A program made the translations under genes and the position numbers. Source: Ruditapes philippinarum (taxonomy: Eukaryota). Taken from it: DNA of 64,000 bases. The notes beneath the pieces were generated by a model. The model was not told the DNA's origin, made no database searches, and saw only the letters and a program-made list of their open reading frames with translations. The stretch spans positions 1 to 64,000 of the forward strand of contig NW_026861885.1 in the NCBI RefSeq assembly GCF_026571515.1, in the 5' to 3' direction. Below, in pieces: positions 51,301 through 63,202 of this stretch (its first letter is position 1; every line of letters begins with the position of its first letter).

Positions 51301-54300
51301 AAACGAATTGAGGAATAGGTAATGGTACTTAAAACATCCTTGTATTTGTTCAAACAGCTACCCGTTAAATTTATGAAAATTGCATATTTTTACATGAAAG
51401 GTAAGTTTATTTAAAAATGTAGCAGTGTAATGTTAATAAACTTTAAAATTTTGGGTATTTCAGGGTCATTATGGCAAGATCTAGGTTATTATGCAATTTT
51501 GGCCGCCTTGCTACTCGGCATTATTTTTCCATAATAGGCGAGTGAATGAGCGCTCAAGCAGAATGACGTCATCAACTCTCAGTGACTTTCAAGATGGTTG
51601 CTGACGTTGAATGGACTGTAGTCATTTGCACATAAATGACATAAAATTAATCACAATCAGCAATCACAATGCCTCTTAAAATTAATGATTTATAAACTCA
51701 AGACAATACATGACCATCAGAAATTCCAAAAATGATTTCAGATTGACAGTAGGAAAAAGATCGGATCGGTGGCATTTAGACTCGGACATCAGTCTCAGAA
51801 ACCGTTCTTGAAGGCACAAAACTTCATAAAAAACTGGCAATAAATCTTAATGTAATTCTTACAAAAATGTAAAGAATAGGATACTGTATTTATCAATAAA
51901 AAAACAACATTTTCTAATATTTATTTTGTGTTGTCATGTTTTCAAGTTAATCGGAGAGTTAAGCTGGATGAGACAAATATTTGTTTATATTGACAACTGT
52001 CCGTTTCTTAGAAAGGGCGACAACCAAGATTAGCAGCGTTGTCTAAGACATAGGTATTAAAGACGTTAATACTTGTTTGCTGCTCGCCATTATGCGATAA
52101 TGGCCCTCGAGTTCATAATGCCCTTCGGGCCTGCGGCCCTCAGGCCATTATGTACATCTTCGGGTCATTATCGCATAATGGCGAGCAGCAACCAAGTATT
52201 AACCTCTAAATTATATCACGTATGAATTAAAGTATTTGAATCAAAAGTTGATTTTGCATTGAAGGGACAAAACAACGTTAGGAGAAAATTTTGAGAAATT
52301 AATCTTTCCAGTTTTCTACTGGCTTCAATATCAAATATAGACAACATAATGCATCGCAAAACTTCTCTGCGTCTGTCGTATTAAGAGCCTGCTAAATAAA
52401 ACAGAGGAGAATCATCCAATAATGCAGTATGCTGTTTCTAGGCTGAGTGTTTTGGCTGGACACAAATTAACGGATGGAAACCCTGCAATAGCAGATCTTA
52501 GTGATCCATTTAGACCAACAAATATTGCGGAGCAATTTAGACAACTTTACGATGACGAGTGGACATGTGCTTTCGAAGAACTTGGAGTATCATTTGAAAG
52601 AGATGAAGAAATAATTGACTTCTTAGCTTGTATAATCAAGGTTTGTGTGCGCCGCAATATGTTGATTAATATTGTGTCTTGTATTTATTCTCTTTGTATA
52701 AAGATATGAATGTAGAGTTCTTCATTTTTAGTATGTTTTTAATATAAAAAATACTAAGAATCAACAATAAACACTATTGGGTCAGATCCGGCGCTATAAT
52801 CATTTGCATAGATAGTTTAACATAATCTTCCTTGGGAAAAGCTTAATTTTTATATTTACATGCATGTACACTGATTCCTACGATTTATCTTTTTAGGGAT
52901 GCAAAATTATTTACATTATATAAATATCAATCTCTATATATGTTGATTGTAGGATATTGATCGGTTTTGTATCAGAGCAGGCTCTCAGCAATTGGAACAC
53001 CTGAAGTATTTTGCGAAACTTGTTATACAAGATCCGGAATATCAGCCAGACGCAAAAGAGGAAAAGGGGAATAAGGTGCTGGTATGTACATGTATAATTT
53101 TCAAATTTATTTAATTTATTTAATTCATGTGTGTTGATTTTTATTATTGTTAAATATATCCGTAAAGAAATTAATACAGTGGTAAACAATTTTTCTTATC
53201 TTCCTATTTTTCTGGTTCAGTATATGATAATTTAATGATGTTATAATTGAGATGAACTTCATTTCTGTGTTAAATCATGTTGTCATTGCCAGATATTTAA
53301 GAAGATCGAGTATGAGAATGAACAAAAACAAAAGCGGTAAAATAACAACATCCATTAAAATATGTCTAGTTAAATGACATTATCACAAAATTTTAATAAT
53401 TTGACAAAAACAAACTTCTTTAAAAATAATAAATAAATTCATTCATACAATTTTCATTTACTAATATCTTAAGAAATATTCATGAATAAAATATATATCA
53501 CAAATTGACATATTGTGGAGTTTGTGTTATCATTGAAGAAACCATTTGAGGCTTTAAGTAGTGCATAGAGAATACAAAGGGATGAATAATATTCTCACTG
53601 TCATTTTTTTTTTCATTGGCTTGATCCAGAAATGTGACCAGATAATTCCTATGACCAGGGCACAAGAAGAGCTTGCAGACAAAATGCTTAAAGACTTTAG
53701 AAAGTCTCTTGGGATGATATCAAAGACTCCGCTTTTGGTGGTAATGCGTCTTATTTTTACAAAAAGAGATTGTATACTATCTGCAAAATTGTACAAATAC
53801 TCATTCTTAAATTGATAAATTAATACTTGAGTATAAATCAATCAATATGGCTGTATGTATTAAGAAATTAATGAATAGCAATACATATTATTTTTGTAGA
53901 TAAGATTTTACTTTTATTTAGTTCAACGTTTTTATGTTGTACGACATTATTGTTCGGAAACTTTTATCTTGCACTGCAATAACATACTGCAAATTTTATT
54001 ACTTTACGTGCAATGCTAACTTTGTAGAAGAGAACGAAGAAAGTTACTTAATTTATTTTATTACAAGTAATGATATTTTTATTTGATATGTATATATGTG
54101 AAATTTTGTCTTTATGTTCTTACATTTTTTAACCACAAAAAAAAACCCATTTCACCCAGAATCATTTTGCATTTACCACTGTTTTAAATATGTTTTGTTT
54201 GATTAGAAGAAATGTTTTTGAGCATTGCTCTACATGTGCATCTAAGACTGGTGTTAAGTATATTATGTATTATTTTTTTCACATACAGATTTTTCGCCAA

Positions 54301-54570
54301 GCTTCTAAATCGATCAAAGACAAAATAGGGCCTAAACCTCCGAAAGGATTGGAAGATTTCTTAGAGAAAGCTTTTGAACTTATCTGGGTCATGAAGATGC
54401 AAGATCCAGCAATGGAGTTTGTTTGGAGTAAACCTGGTGACAACTTTGATAAGAATATGTACACACATTATACTAAACGAGGAAGCAAGGTTGCTCAGTG
54501 CATTTGGCCAGCCATCGTCCTTCATAAAGCCGGACCGTTGATGTCAAAAGGTGTTGTGCAAGGAAATTAA
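48374..54570 (+). CDS. Gene F: Mieap C-terminal-domain-like protein with long coiled coil, about 511 aa, 8 coding exons
   Basis: Exons 48374-48526, 49846-49992, 50599-51003, 51209-51318, 52442-52640, 52953-53081, 53630-53740, 54289-54570 (1536 nt). E/K/Q/L-rich heptad region, then [27 protein letters not shown] and [49 protein letters not shown]. Confidence 0.87.
48638..48707. repeat. 35-bp tandem duplication in intron 1 of gene F
   Basis: CTTGTGCAATG.CCATGCTTTGTCGCACAGGACAA twice. Confidence 0.9.
52061..52207. repeat. Long near-perfect hairpin, end of an intronic non-autonomous element (about 51460-52210)
   Basis: GTTAATACTTG.TTGCTGCTCGCCATTATGCGATAATG.CCC pairs with GGG.CATTATCGCATAATGGCGAGCAGCAA.CAAGTATTAAC around a GGGCCTGCGGCCC apex. 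Related CATTATG / CATAAT..GGCGAG words occur at 51462-51545. Confidence 0.8.
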
Positions 54571-55318
54571 ATCATTCGTTATAGAATGTTGTATATAGAA
54601 CTGCAAAAAGCAGGTACCTGAAATATAACATTCAAGTATGATAAGATGAAGTTTTAAAAGGGTTTTCCTGTGAACAATACGGCTTAAAGAGAGGCAAAAT
54701 GTCTATGTTTATTCAATAAGCCATACATTCATTTATACACAATTTCTGTTTAATTTTTTGATTGCCATTTCCCGATTGTTTGTGATAACGGATAAGTAAA
54801 ATGATCTGTTTTTGTGATTATACTGATATATTTTTAAAGTGAATTTTGACGTGAATTAAATTTTGAGTGCTTAGTATTTTATTCGTAATGCACAATGCAT
54901 AAAAGAACATATGTGAATCTGATAGAATAAAAGATTGAGAATGACAAAGAAAATAAGTAAATATATGAATTATCACGAACGTTCATGAACTGGCTCAATC
55001 AAACCGATCCTGCAGAAGTTTCGTTTGTGCTGATTTGATTTTCACATTGTCTATTTTACTACTTCTTACTGCTTATGAATATCATACTAGTACGTTTGGA
55101 TGCAACGTGAACACATTTCATGGACGTGAGAGCACAATGTTGCAATGCAAATAAACAGTGTACTTACATAGACTTGGAGATAATTATTCAAAAACCAATG
55201 TGTATGATAAATTCTTTACTTTAATGAAATAAGCTTTTTCTCTCGACTTTTTATCATGGAAAGGTCATTTGTCTGTGGGTAGATCTACTTGTACTTATAT
55301 TAATTAGTTCACTTTTAG

Positions 55319-55645
55319 TAAGTCCCATATCATAGTCAATGAATGACAACATACCATTTCTCTTCATGTGACACAATAATCGGTGTTACTGGCAATTACA
55401 TAAGTCCGATATGATAATCATGTAAAATCAACATATCATTTCTCTTTATTTGACACAAAAATCGGTGTAACTAGTAAAAAAAGTAAGTTTGATGTCATAG
55501 TCATGCAAAATCAACATATCTTCTGTCAATGAGACACATTAATCTGTGTTAAGGCTAATAACATAAGTTTGATATAATATATATGGAAAGACAACATCTC
55601 ATTCCACTTCACGTGGCATATTATTCGATGTTACTGGTACATGTA
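55319..55645. repeat. Degenerate minisatellite, about 4 units of about 82 bp, between genes F and G
   Basis: TAAGT..GAT.T.ATA.TCATG.AAA..CAACAT..CATT..TC..CA.G.GACACA..AATCGGTGTTACT recurs near 55320, 55402, 55485 and 55565. Confidence 0.75.
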
Positions 55646-55935
55646 ATTACATTGTCAAATTAGCAATAATAAAGAAAGCAAAGGGATTGCTAGTATTATC
55701 TTATACACTACCAATTATTTTCTCTGCAAGTGTGGATAAGGAAACGATTCCCAACAGCTTCATTTCGCAAACTATTCTTGCCATTAAAACCTGACCGAAT
55801 GAAATTCTCATCTTCTGTTCTCAAGATATATTTCATTTCATTTAATTCATTATAAGCATTCTCGAATAAGTTTGATATTTTCAAACATTTACTTTAACTT
55901 TCAACTGTTCATATATCTTGACCTTTATCATTATC

Positions 55936-56140
55936 AGTAACCAATGAACGAGCATCTAAATATGATATTTCTATCTCTTTCCCTTTCTCTGCCATCACAG
56001 TAAGTAAACCCCATAAAAATGCCAGTCAATGGGTATGCTCTGGAGTGCGGGTAACTAATACATGCACTCCAGTTAACGCACTGTGCATGTATATGTATAC
56101 GATTTAACTCTGACAAATTTTAAACAGAAAGGTCCCCAGA
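55936..56140 (-). repeat. Inverted partial copy of element R3
   Basis: Reverse complement of about 28385-28590. Confidence 0.8.
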
Positions 56141-57561
56141 CAATAATATAAGGAGAAGTTGTTTCGACCTTATCCTATTTTATTCATATACGTTATCTCA
56201 TGTAATATATATTATCAATGCAATAGGCATGCAGTATGTTTCTTAACCTGACCCAATAATGAAACAATGGATGTAGCTTTAAAACTTATTACAACATAGC
56301 TTCCCATCTTTCCAGCTAGCATTAATATCTTCTTGCTTTATCATGTTTATTTGATCAAACTTTGACGCGTTTTTTTTTCATTTTATTTTCTATTTTGTTA
56401 TCAAAGTTACTTTTGGTGGATTAGAGAAAGCTATGATTAATTAAATTGTATTAATTTGACCAGATTCACTGTAAACCAATGAAGTCGCTACCAACACCCT
56501 CCCCACCCTTTACCCCGAGAAAAAGATATTATTAAACTGTTTAAACTATTCATGTAAACATGTTTTATTTTATTCATTGTATTGCATTATTTCTCTGATA
56601 CGTCTATTTTTTCTCGTTGATATATATCTTACATAGTTTAAAGGCTTACTCATAATAAACATTATTTTAATATAGCTTAATATATTCTTCTTTTCGACTT
56701 AATGTATTCAACAAATTGCGACAATTTATAAAATCCTAAACCTACTGATCGTGTATTTTTCAGTTTTAAACTAAAAAGGAAGTAAATTTTCGGTACAATG
56801 CACATAAAAAGTTTATTTATGAATACGGTGATATCGATTGATAAGTATTCATTCGTGTATTTTGAAATGATACCTATACTTTGATTTTATTTCCTTGGAT
56901 ATTATTGTCGGGTAAGTAGCATTTTGTGTAAAACTATCATCTTATCTTTGTTTTATATTTCCTACATTCTGATCCGACGAACAAGACTGTTAAAATATAG
57001 AAAAAGGAATCCCTAAAGAAAGTCCAAAGCGGCAAAACAGAAAATGTTAAGGCTTGGGTTTGATTGAGCCTGTTCATGTACGGTACTGTCAAGTGCTACC
57101 ATTGATATAACCAGTTAAATACAAATCGTTTTGTAATGCCCTAGCTAATTGGCGATCGAGTTTAAAGGGTACGAGAAATGTTGCACTTCACATGATCTCA
57201 GATGAACCCCCTCATTTCATTCAGCCTGTGGTTTTATTTTATTATTAGTTTTATTTCTGCCGTATGTACCGTTTCCAGCATTTGTTTATTCCTTATGTGA
57301 GATGTTCTCTGGTTCTTGCATGTTCTCCACAACTTATTGTAAATTTCTCTTCATAACTCAATCGAAATAACGGAACACTATTCACAATAGATTAATTTAT
57401 CGGAAGATATGAGTTTTTCCATGGACATGAACTCGTGAATCCAAGATCCGGGTCCGTCAACTTTTTGATCTAATGCTAAGTAATATAAAATATTGTCCGC
57501 AACACAATATGAGCTTGTTAAGAAAATATTAGCCTTTATGTTTTTATTAAAAAGCGATACA

Positions 57562-60500
57562 ATGTGTGATGCAATTTCGACGAAACGTGATAGTGTGGCT
57601 GAATTACTCACACAACTAAAAAGAGGGAATACAATTACGGATAATGAATTGAAGGACGCAGTTGCTTATCACCAGTCCTTTGTTATGGAGCTTCAATCAT
57701 ACAAAGATATCGCCGACTTTAACCATGCAACACCAGTAAGTCCTTTCATGTTTGTTAAAAATAACATCCCTATGGCGCAGGATATCAATTCAATGAATTA
57801 CGAATATACTGTTTTCCAACCAGAAGGCTATTTTTTTCTCTCTATATATATCATATTAATCCCTATAAAGTTTGCTTGTCAAGAACCACATAGAAGATGC
57901 TTTGATAAGTAATACATTGGGATAATGTGTCTAAAAGGAACTAATGCTTTGCGGAAATATGTATATCATAACAATGTTTTAGCACGACGAAGCGTATTTG
58001 TAATCTTCGCCTAAGTCATTATCTTTGGTAATTTTGGAACATTGGAATAAATAGAAATTAAAAAAAAAATGGTATTTTTCTTTAGAAAGCGGATTGCAGA
58101 CAGAAAGACATACAACATGAATTAGATGATCTAAAAAAGGAGCATCAGATTTTGGGTCAAGAATTGAAATATTATCGTGACCAAGCAAAGCATGCGGAAC
58201 AGACAAATGCCGAATCTCTAGGAAACCAAAGACATTTGGTATAAAAATTATCTCGTTATATATGTTTCAGATGTCAGTTATTATCGCGGTGTTTTATAAT
58301 ATCTTGTACATTTATCAACTTTTTATTCAATTATATAAAGAAAAAGACATTACTAATTGTTTGATTGTGACAAATCTCAAGTTCTCTGGTTAACGGAGAG
58401 ACGCATTTTGTTAACGGTGATAAAACTAATATTGTCCGTGTTTTTATTTGCTTTGAGACAAAAACAATAATCTCGTAAACTAATATTTCAATGGCAAAAT
58501 TGTGTATTAGTTGTGTAATCATATTATAAATGTGTGCCACAGTAAATTATGTTACAGACCAAAGGTAAAGAAGATCATGAGAATGTTAAAAGAATGTCCG
58601 AACATCTGACAGCTAAATTGAGAGAGTCCGAAACAGAGATTAAAAAATGTAAGTGTGCGTTGAATAAGCTTCAAGCAGAAAATGATGAGGCAAAAAATGA
58701 GATCAAAAGACTTACATTAGAACGCAATAAAGCAGTAAATGAGCCAGAAAAAGGTGAAGTATTGACAGAGCTTGAAGCCAGCAAGAACGCGTGTAGAAAA
58801 CTCCAGGATGAGCTACATCAGCTAAAACTGGATCATAGTAAGGTACTTAAAAACTTTTATGATTACAAGAACACTGGGTTTGAAAGAAAAGCGACAAATG
58901 AAAATAAATATGACGAGAAAAAGAAAAACTTGGTTATACACAAGTCTCTAAAATAAAATTGCATAGTCACATTTACATTCATTCTTTATATAATTTACAG
59001 GCATTTGATTTGAACAGAATATACCATTAAAACTATTGAGTCACTTTCTATTTAGCCGTTCGAAAAGAAATTCCACATTCTAAAGTAAATTTCAATCTAA
59101 AAGACTATCGTTTTTATTGGATTAAAAGATACATGTACAGTTTATATTTCAAATTGCAAAACAGCCAAATTGAATATGCAACATTTATGAAAATGACTTT
59201 TATTAATTACTTATCGTTTCCAACGTCAAAATTAGTTTCATATTTAACATGTTAAGAGTCAAGATAAAGGACAGTCGAAAGCACTGGAAAAACTACGACA
59301 ACAAAACGATCAACTTAACGAAGATAATAAGAAGCTTATGGGACAAATGCATGAATTAAGAAACAGGTTCGTACCTTAATATTCTTTGACTTTAATGCAA
59401 ACAAAAACGATTTTATCTCTTTCGCCTGAACACCCAAACAATTTTCAAGCTTCTGTAATCCGTGCTCTTATTTTTGAGCTCTGTAATTTATTTGATGAAT
59501 GAATTTAAAGAGATTAACCTTCTTACATGTGCTAAAATTACTGCAAATCAACTATATGACCTTTTATGCATGCTAAACATCTGATTTCATTGATATTTTT
59601 CATTGCTGATTTTCGAACAAACTTGTTATTAAACGATAAACTAAGCAATGTATTCATTTTTTAATTCAGATGCTTAATTATGTGCGCTTATAACTCAGTT
59701 GAATTATCAAAACGTATTATAAAGATAGTATCTATACATAAGAGAGCAAGCACAAATCAATTATACAAATATATTGCATACTTTGTTGCCATTTTTATAA
59801 AAAAAAATTGTGAAAATACTGATTACGGAGAAGCTTTTTAATCTACTCAATCCGTAAAATTATTTGAATGTACTTAATTAAGTATATAAATGACAAGATT
59901 ACAAATAAGCTATTGTTAAAAGATATCCTTTGCTCAAAATTGATATTAAAAATTGCTACACAGTCTCTTCGTAAATATAAAATAAACATGTTTGACTTCA
60001 CACAAAGACTATTTAGTAGGTATGTTATGTCTAAAATTATACACACCATGTTTGGTCACAATATGAATATACAGGATCTTTATTTAAGAAAGGACCCACT
60101 TTATTTGTCCCATAATAGGGAACACAGTTTCCCATACCTAGTTTATTCATTCTTTTATTCAAATTAGACTTATGTAGATTTCAATAAATTTCTTTGATTA
60201 AAATATTTACTCAACGATGAGAATAGTATATCTTTAAACAAAACATCTGAATACAATGTCAGTCATGATACTGTTTATTTTAGGCTAAGCGTGATAGCTG
60301 GACACAAACTTACAGACGGGAATCCTGGGATAGCAGATCTAAGTGATGCATTTAGACCAACAAAGATTGCCGAACATTTTAGACAACTTTACGATAACGA
60401 ATGGACACGAGCTTTTGAGGAACATGAAGTAAAGTTCAAACATGAAGAAGAAATAATAGACTTCTTGGCTGGTATACTCAAGGTGTGTGTGTGTGGTGCA

Positions 60501-62909
60501 TTCATGGTTATTTTTATTGATATATCATAATTCTCATGTTAGTTTGAATTGATGAATAACTCAGTTTTGAATTTTTAACACTCCGTTAATAAGTTTGAGT
60601 TTTCAAAAGCAAGATATTAATGTTCAACAGCGAACAGCATATAATCAGATTACTTTATATCACTTTAAACTATTAAACTTATTGTCATTCGTATAAAGTT
60701 TAATATATGCTTCCGTTGTCAGTGTGTAAATTCTGGACAATCGGTCAGCAATGAACATAAGAAAAGACACTTAATGTTTTAAACGCATTTTATATATTTA
60801 TAAACGCATTTTATATATCTATAAATGGAGTTTACATATTTGTAAACGCTTTATGTTTCGACGTTTACAGGATATAGATCGGTTTTGCGCCAGAGCCGGG
60901 TCGCAGCAATTAGAAAACCTTAAGTTTTCTGCGAAAAGTATTATTCGAGATCCTGAGTATCAGCCGGATGCAATAGGAGAAAGAAAGGATAAGATTTTGG
61001 TTTGTATATTTCTATATGGTGTTCTTGCTTTTTTTAAGAATTTGCATTCTGTGGCTTACAAATACCGGCTTTTCTTTTCTTTTTATTTACTGTTAATATG
61101 AAAATTTTATGTTATAATACAAATGTATCTGTGTTAATGAAGTCTTGTTTTATTGGATGATATTTAATAACATCAAGTCTTAGGATGAAATAAAATAAAG
61201 TGTGGAGTAAAATCGAACCAAATAAATGCATAAAGTAGTACAAGTAGTGTAAAGTAAATTCAAAGGGATAAAAAATATCCTTCATTGTTATTATCTTCTT
61301 AACGTAAATGGTAGAGTGTTTTAATACCAATTAAAACTTATATACTGAATATGTTCTGTTTTTTGTTGTTGTTTTTTTTTGGTTTTTTTTTATTTTGTTT
61401 TTTTAATGAATTGTTCCTTTTGGGTTGATAGTTTGTAAAAGTAGGAGTAACTGTGATCTTTTCATGTATGTGACCAGAAATGTACCAATTCAGCTTGCAT
61501 GACCAGTGCCCAAGAAGAACTTGCAGACAAACTACTCAAAGACTTTAGAAAGTCTCTTGGAATGATATCAAAGGCACCGCTTTTGATGGTAATTGTATCA
61601 AATTTAATTCTATTCATTATGTATTGCTACATGCTATATAAAAATCTTTTCATGCGTTTGACGTGATAAATGAAAGATATTCATACAAAACGCAGAGGAA
61701 TTTACTGTAGTTTTGGTCCTTCGGGGTCACTATTAAGTGTTGAGAATTTAGAACCGCTAAAGCCGGTGCTAGGGGGCCTGAGGGATGTAGCACGTTTTCA
61801 ATATCCATCATGTACATACTCATCAAACCGAGTCTTCTATTTTCTTGTAATTTTGTTGTGAATAATGCTTCCGAGCGATAACTTTGTTTCCAATATTTTT
61901 ATACTTCACAACAGCAGGTGTCAAGTGCTGTGTTGCAGCTGTAAAAAGTTGCCTGACCTCACGTCAGTGTTGTTATATTTTTTTGATCCTTCGGGATCAT
62001 TGATGCAAGCACTATTAAGTGTTGAGAATTCAGTACCGTTCAAGCCGGTGCTAGGGGCGTGAGGGATGTTGCACGTATTCATTATCCCTCATGTACAGAC
62101 TCAATCAAACCGAGTCTGCATTTCTCTTGTAATTTTGTTGCGATTAATGCTTGCGAGGGATCACTTTGTTTCCAGTTTTTTAGTATCGTCAGTGACTTTT
62201 TTAAGACTTCTATTTAAGGCAGTGAAAATTATAAACATTTTGAAACTTCTACGATTTTATTGCAGTAAGTGATGAATGAAATGCAATATTTTCGAATTTA
62301 TTTTGTAAGTGAACTTCAGACACAATTAATAAATACAACTTAATTTCGTATGGTCAATTATGAAAATCATTAGTAAATGATAATTGAAAGGAAAAAATTC
62401 GACCTATTCTATGATTGAAAATTGCCAACCAATAAGTACAAGCTTATTTTTGGAAGTTAAAAGGATTAAAAAAAGATAGCATTGTTCATCGAATTAATTG
62501 AAAGCAGTGCAGTGTTGTCCATGCTATTGATTGCGTAGGGGTAGTATTCTTTGAGCGTTGCTTTTATTTGCTTCTAAGTAATAAATAAGTGTACTAGTAT
62601 CATTTATTTCATCTTAATGTCTTACAGATTTTTCGCCAAGTTTCTCCACTGATCAAAGACAAAATAGGGTCTACAGCTTCTGATGGGTTATATGATTTCT
62701 TAGAGAAAGCTTTTGAACTTATCTGGGTCATGAAAATGCAAGATCCACCAATGGAGTTTGTTTGGAGTAAACCTGGTGACAACTTTGATAAGAATATGTA
62801 CACACATTATACTAGACGAGGAAGCAAGGTTTCTCAATGCATTTGGCCAGCAGTTGTCCTCCATAAAGCTGGGCCATTAATGTCAAAAGGTGTTGTGCAA
62901 GGAAATTAA
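57562..62909 (+). CDS. Gene G: Mieap C-terminal-domain-like protein with coiled coil, about 459 aa, 7 coding exons (closest to F)
   Basis: Exons 57562-57735, 58558-58932 (alternative in-phase donor at 58842), 59257-59366, 60284-60482, 60871-60999, 61478-61588, 62628-62909. The last five exon sizes (110/199/129/111/282) equal those of gene F. The last exon is missing from the ORF track and ends [12 protein letters not shown]. Confidence 0.87.
61712..62140 (+). repeat. Two tandem copies of repeat family R1 in the last intron of gene G
   Basis: TCCTTCGGG.TCA..CTATTAAGTGTTGAGAATT.AG.ACCG...AAGCCGGTGCTAGGGG..TGAGGGATGT.GCACGT twice, about 280 bp apart. Confidence 0.8.
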
Positions 62910-63137
62910 GACTATCGAATTGATTCTTGTAGAAACGCATCAAAAAAATCATGGGATTCAATTACTAAAAGGATCCCTATAAAAAATCAATGCTTAGAAG
63001 AAACGAAAAATCAATTTTCATTAGTATGTAATATTTCATATCTTTATCTATATTATTTACAAATATCATAATATCATACAAATACAGCCGCCATGTATAT
63101 ATTTTACATTTTAGTTTACATGTTTACATGTCAGTTT

Positions 63138-63202
63138 TTTGTTGTTACTTTTGTTTTTCTTGTTGTTGTCGTTGTTGTTGCTTCTTGTTGTTGTTGTTGT
63201 TT
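63138..63202. repeat. (GTT)n microsatellite
   Basis: Read directly from the sequence. Confidence 0.85.

Noticed and set aside
55319-55645. CRISPR-like repeat array
   Set aside because: Whole units are degenerate copies without unique spacers, there are no cas genes, and the context is eukaryotic.
15424-62909. Assigning the symbol SPATA18 to array members
   Set aside because: Only the C-terminal domain looks related and orthology cannot be shown from this window.
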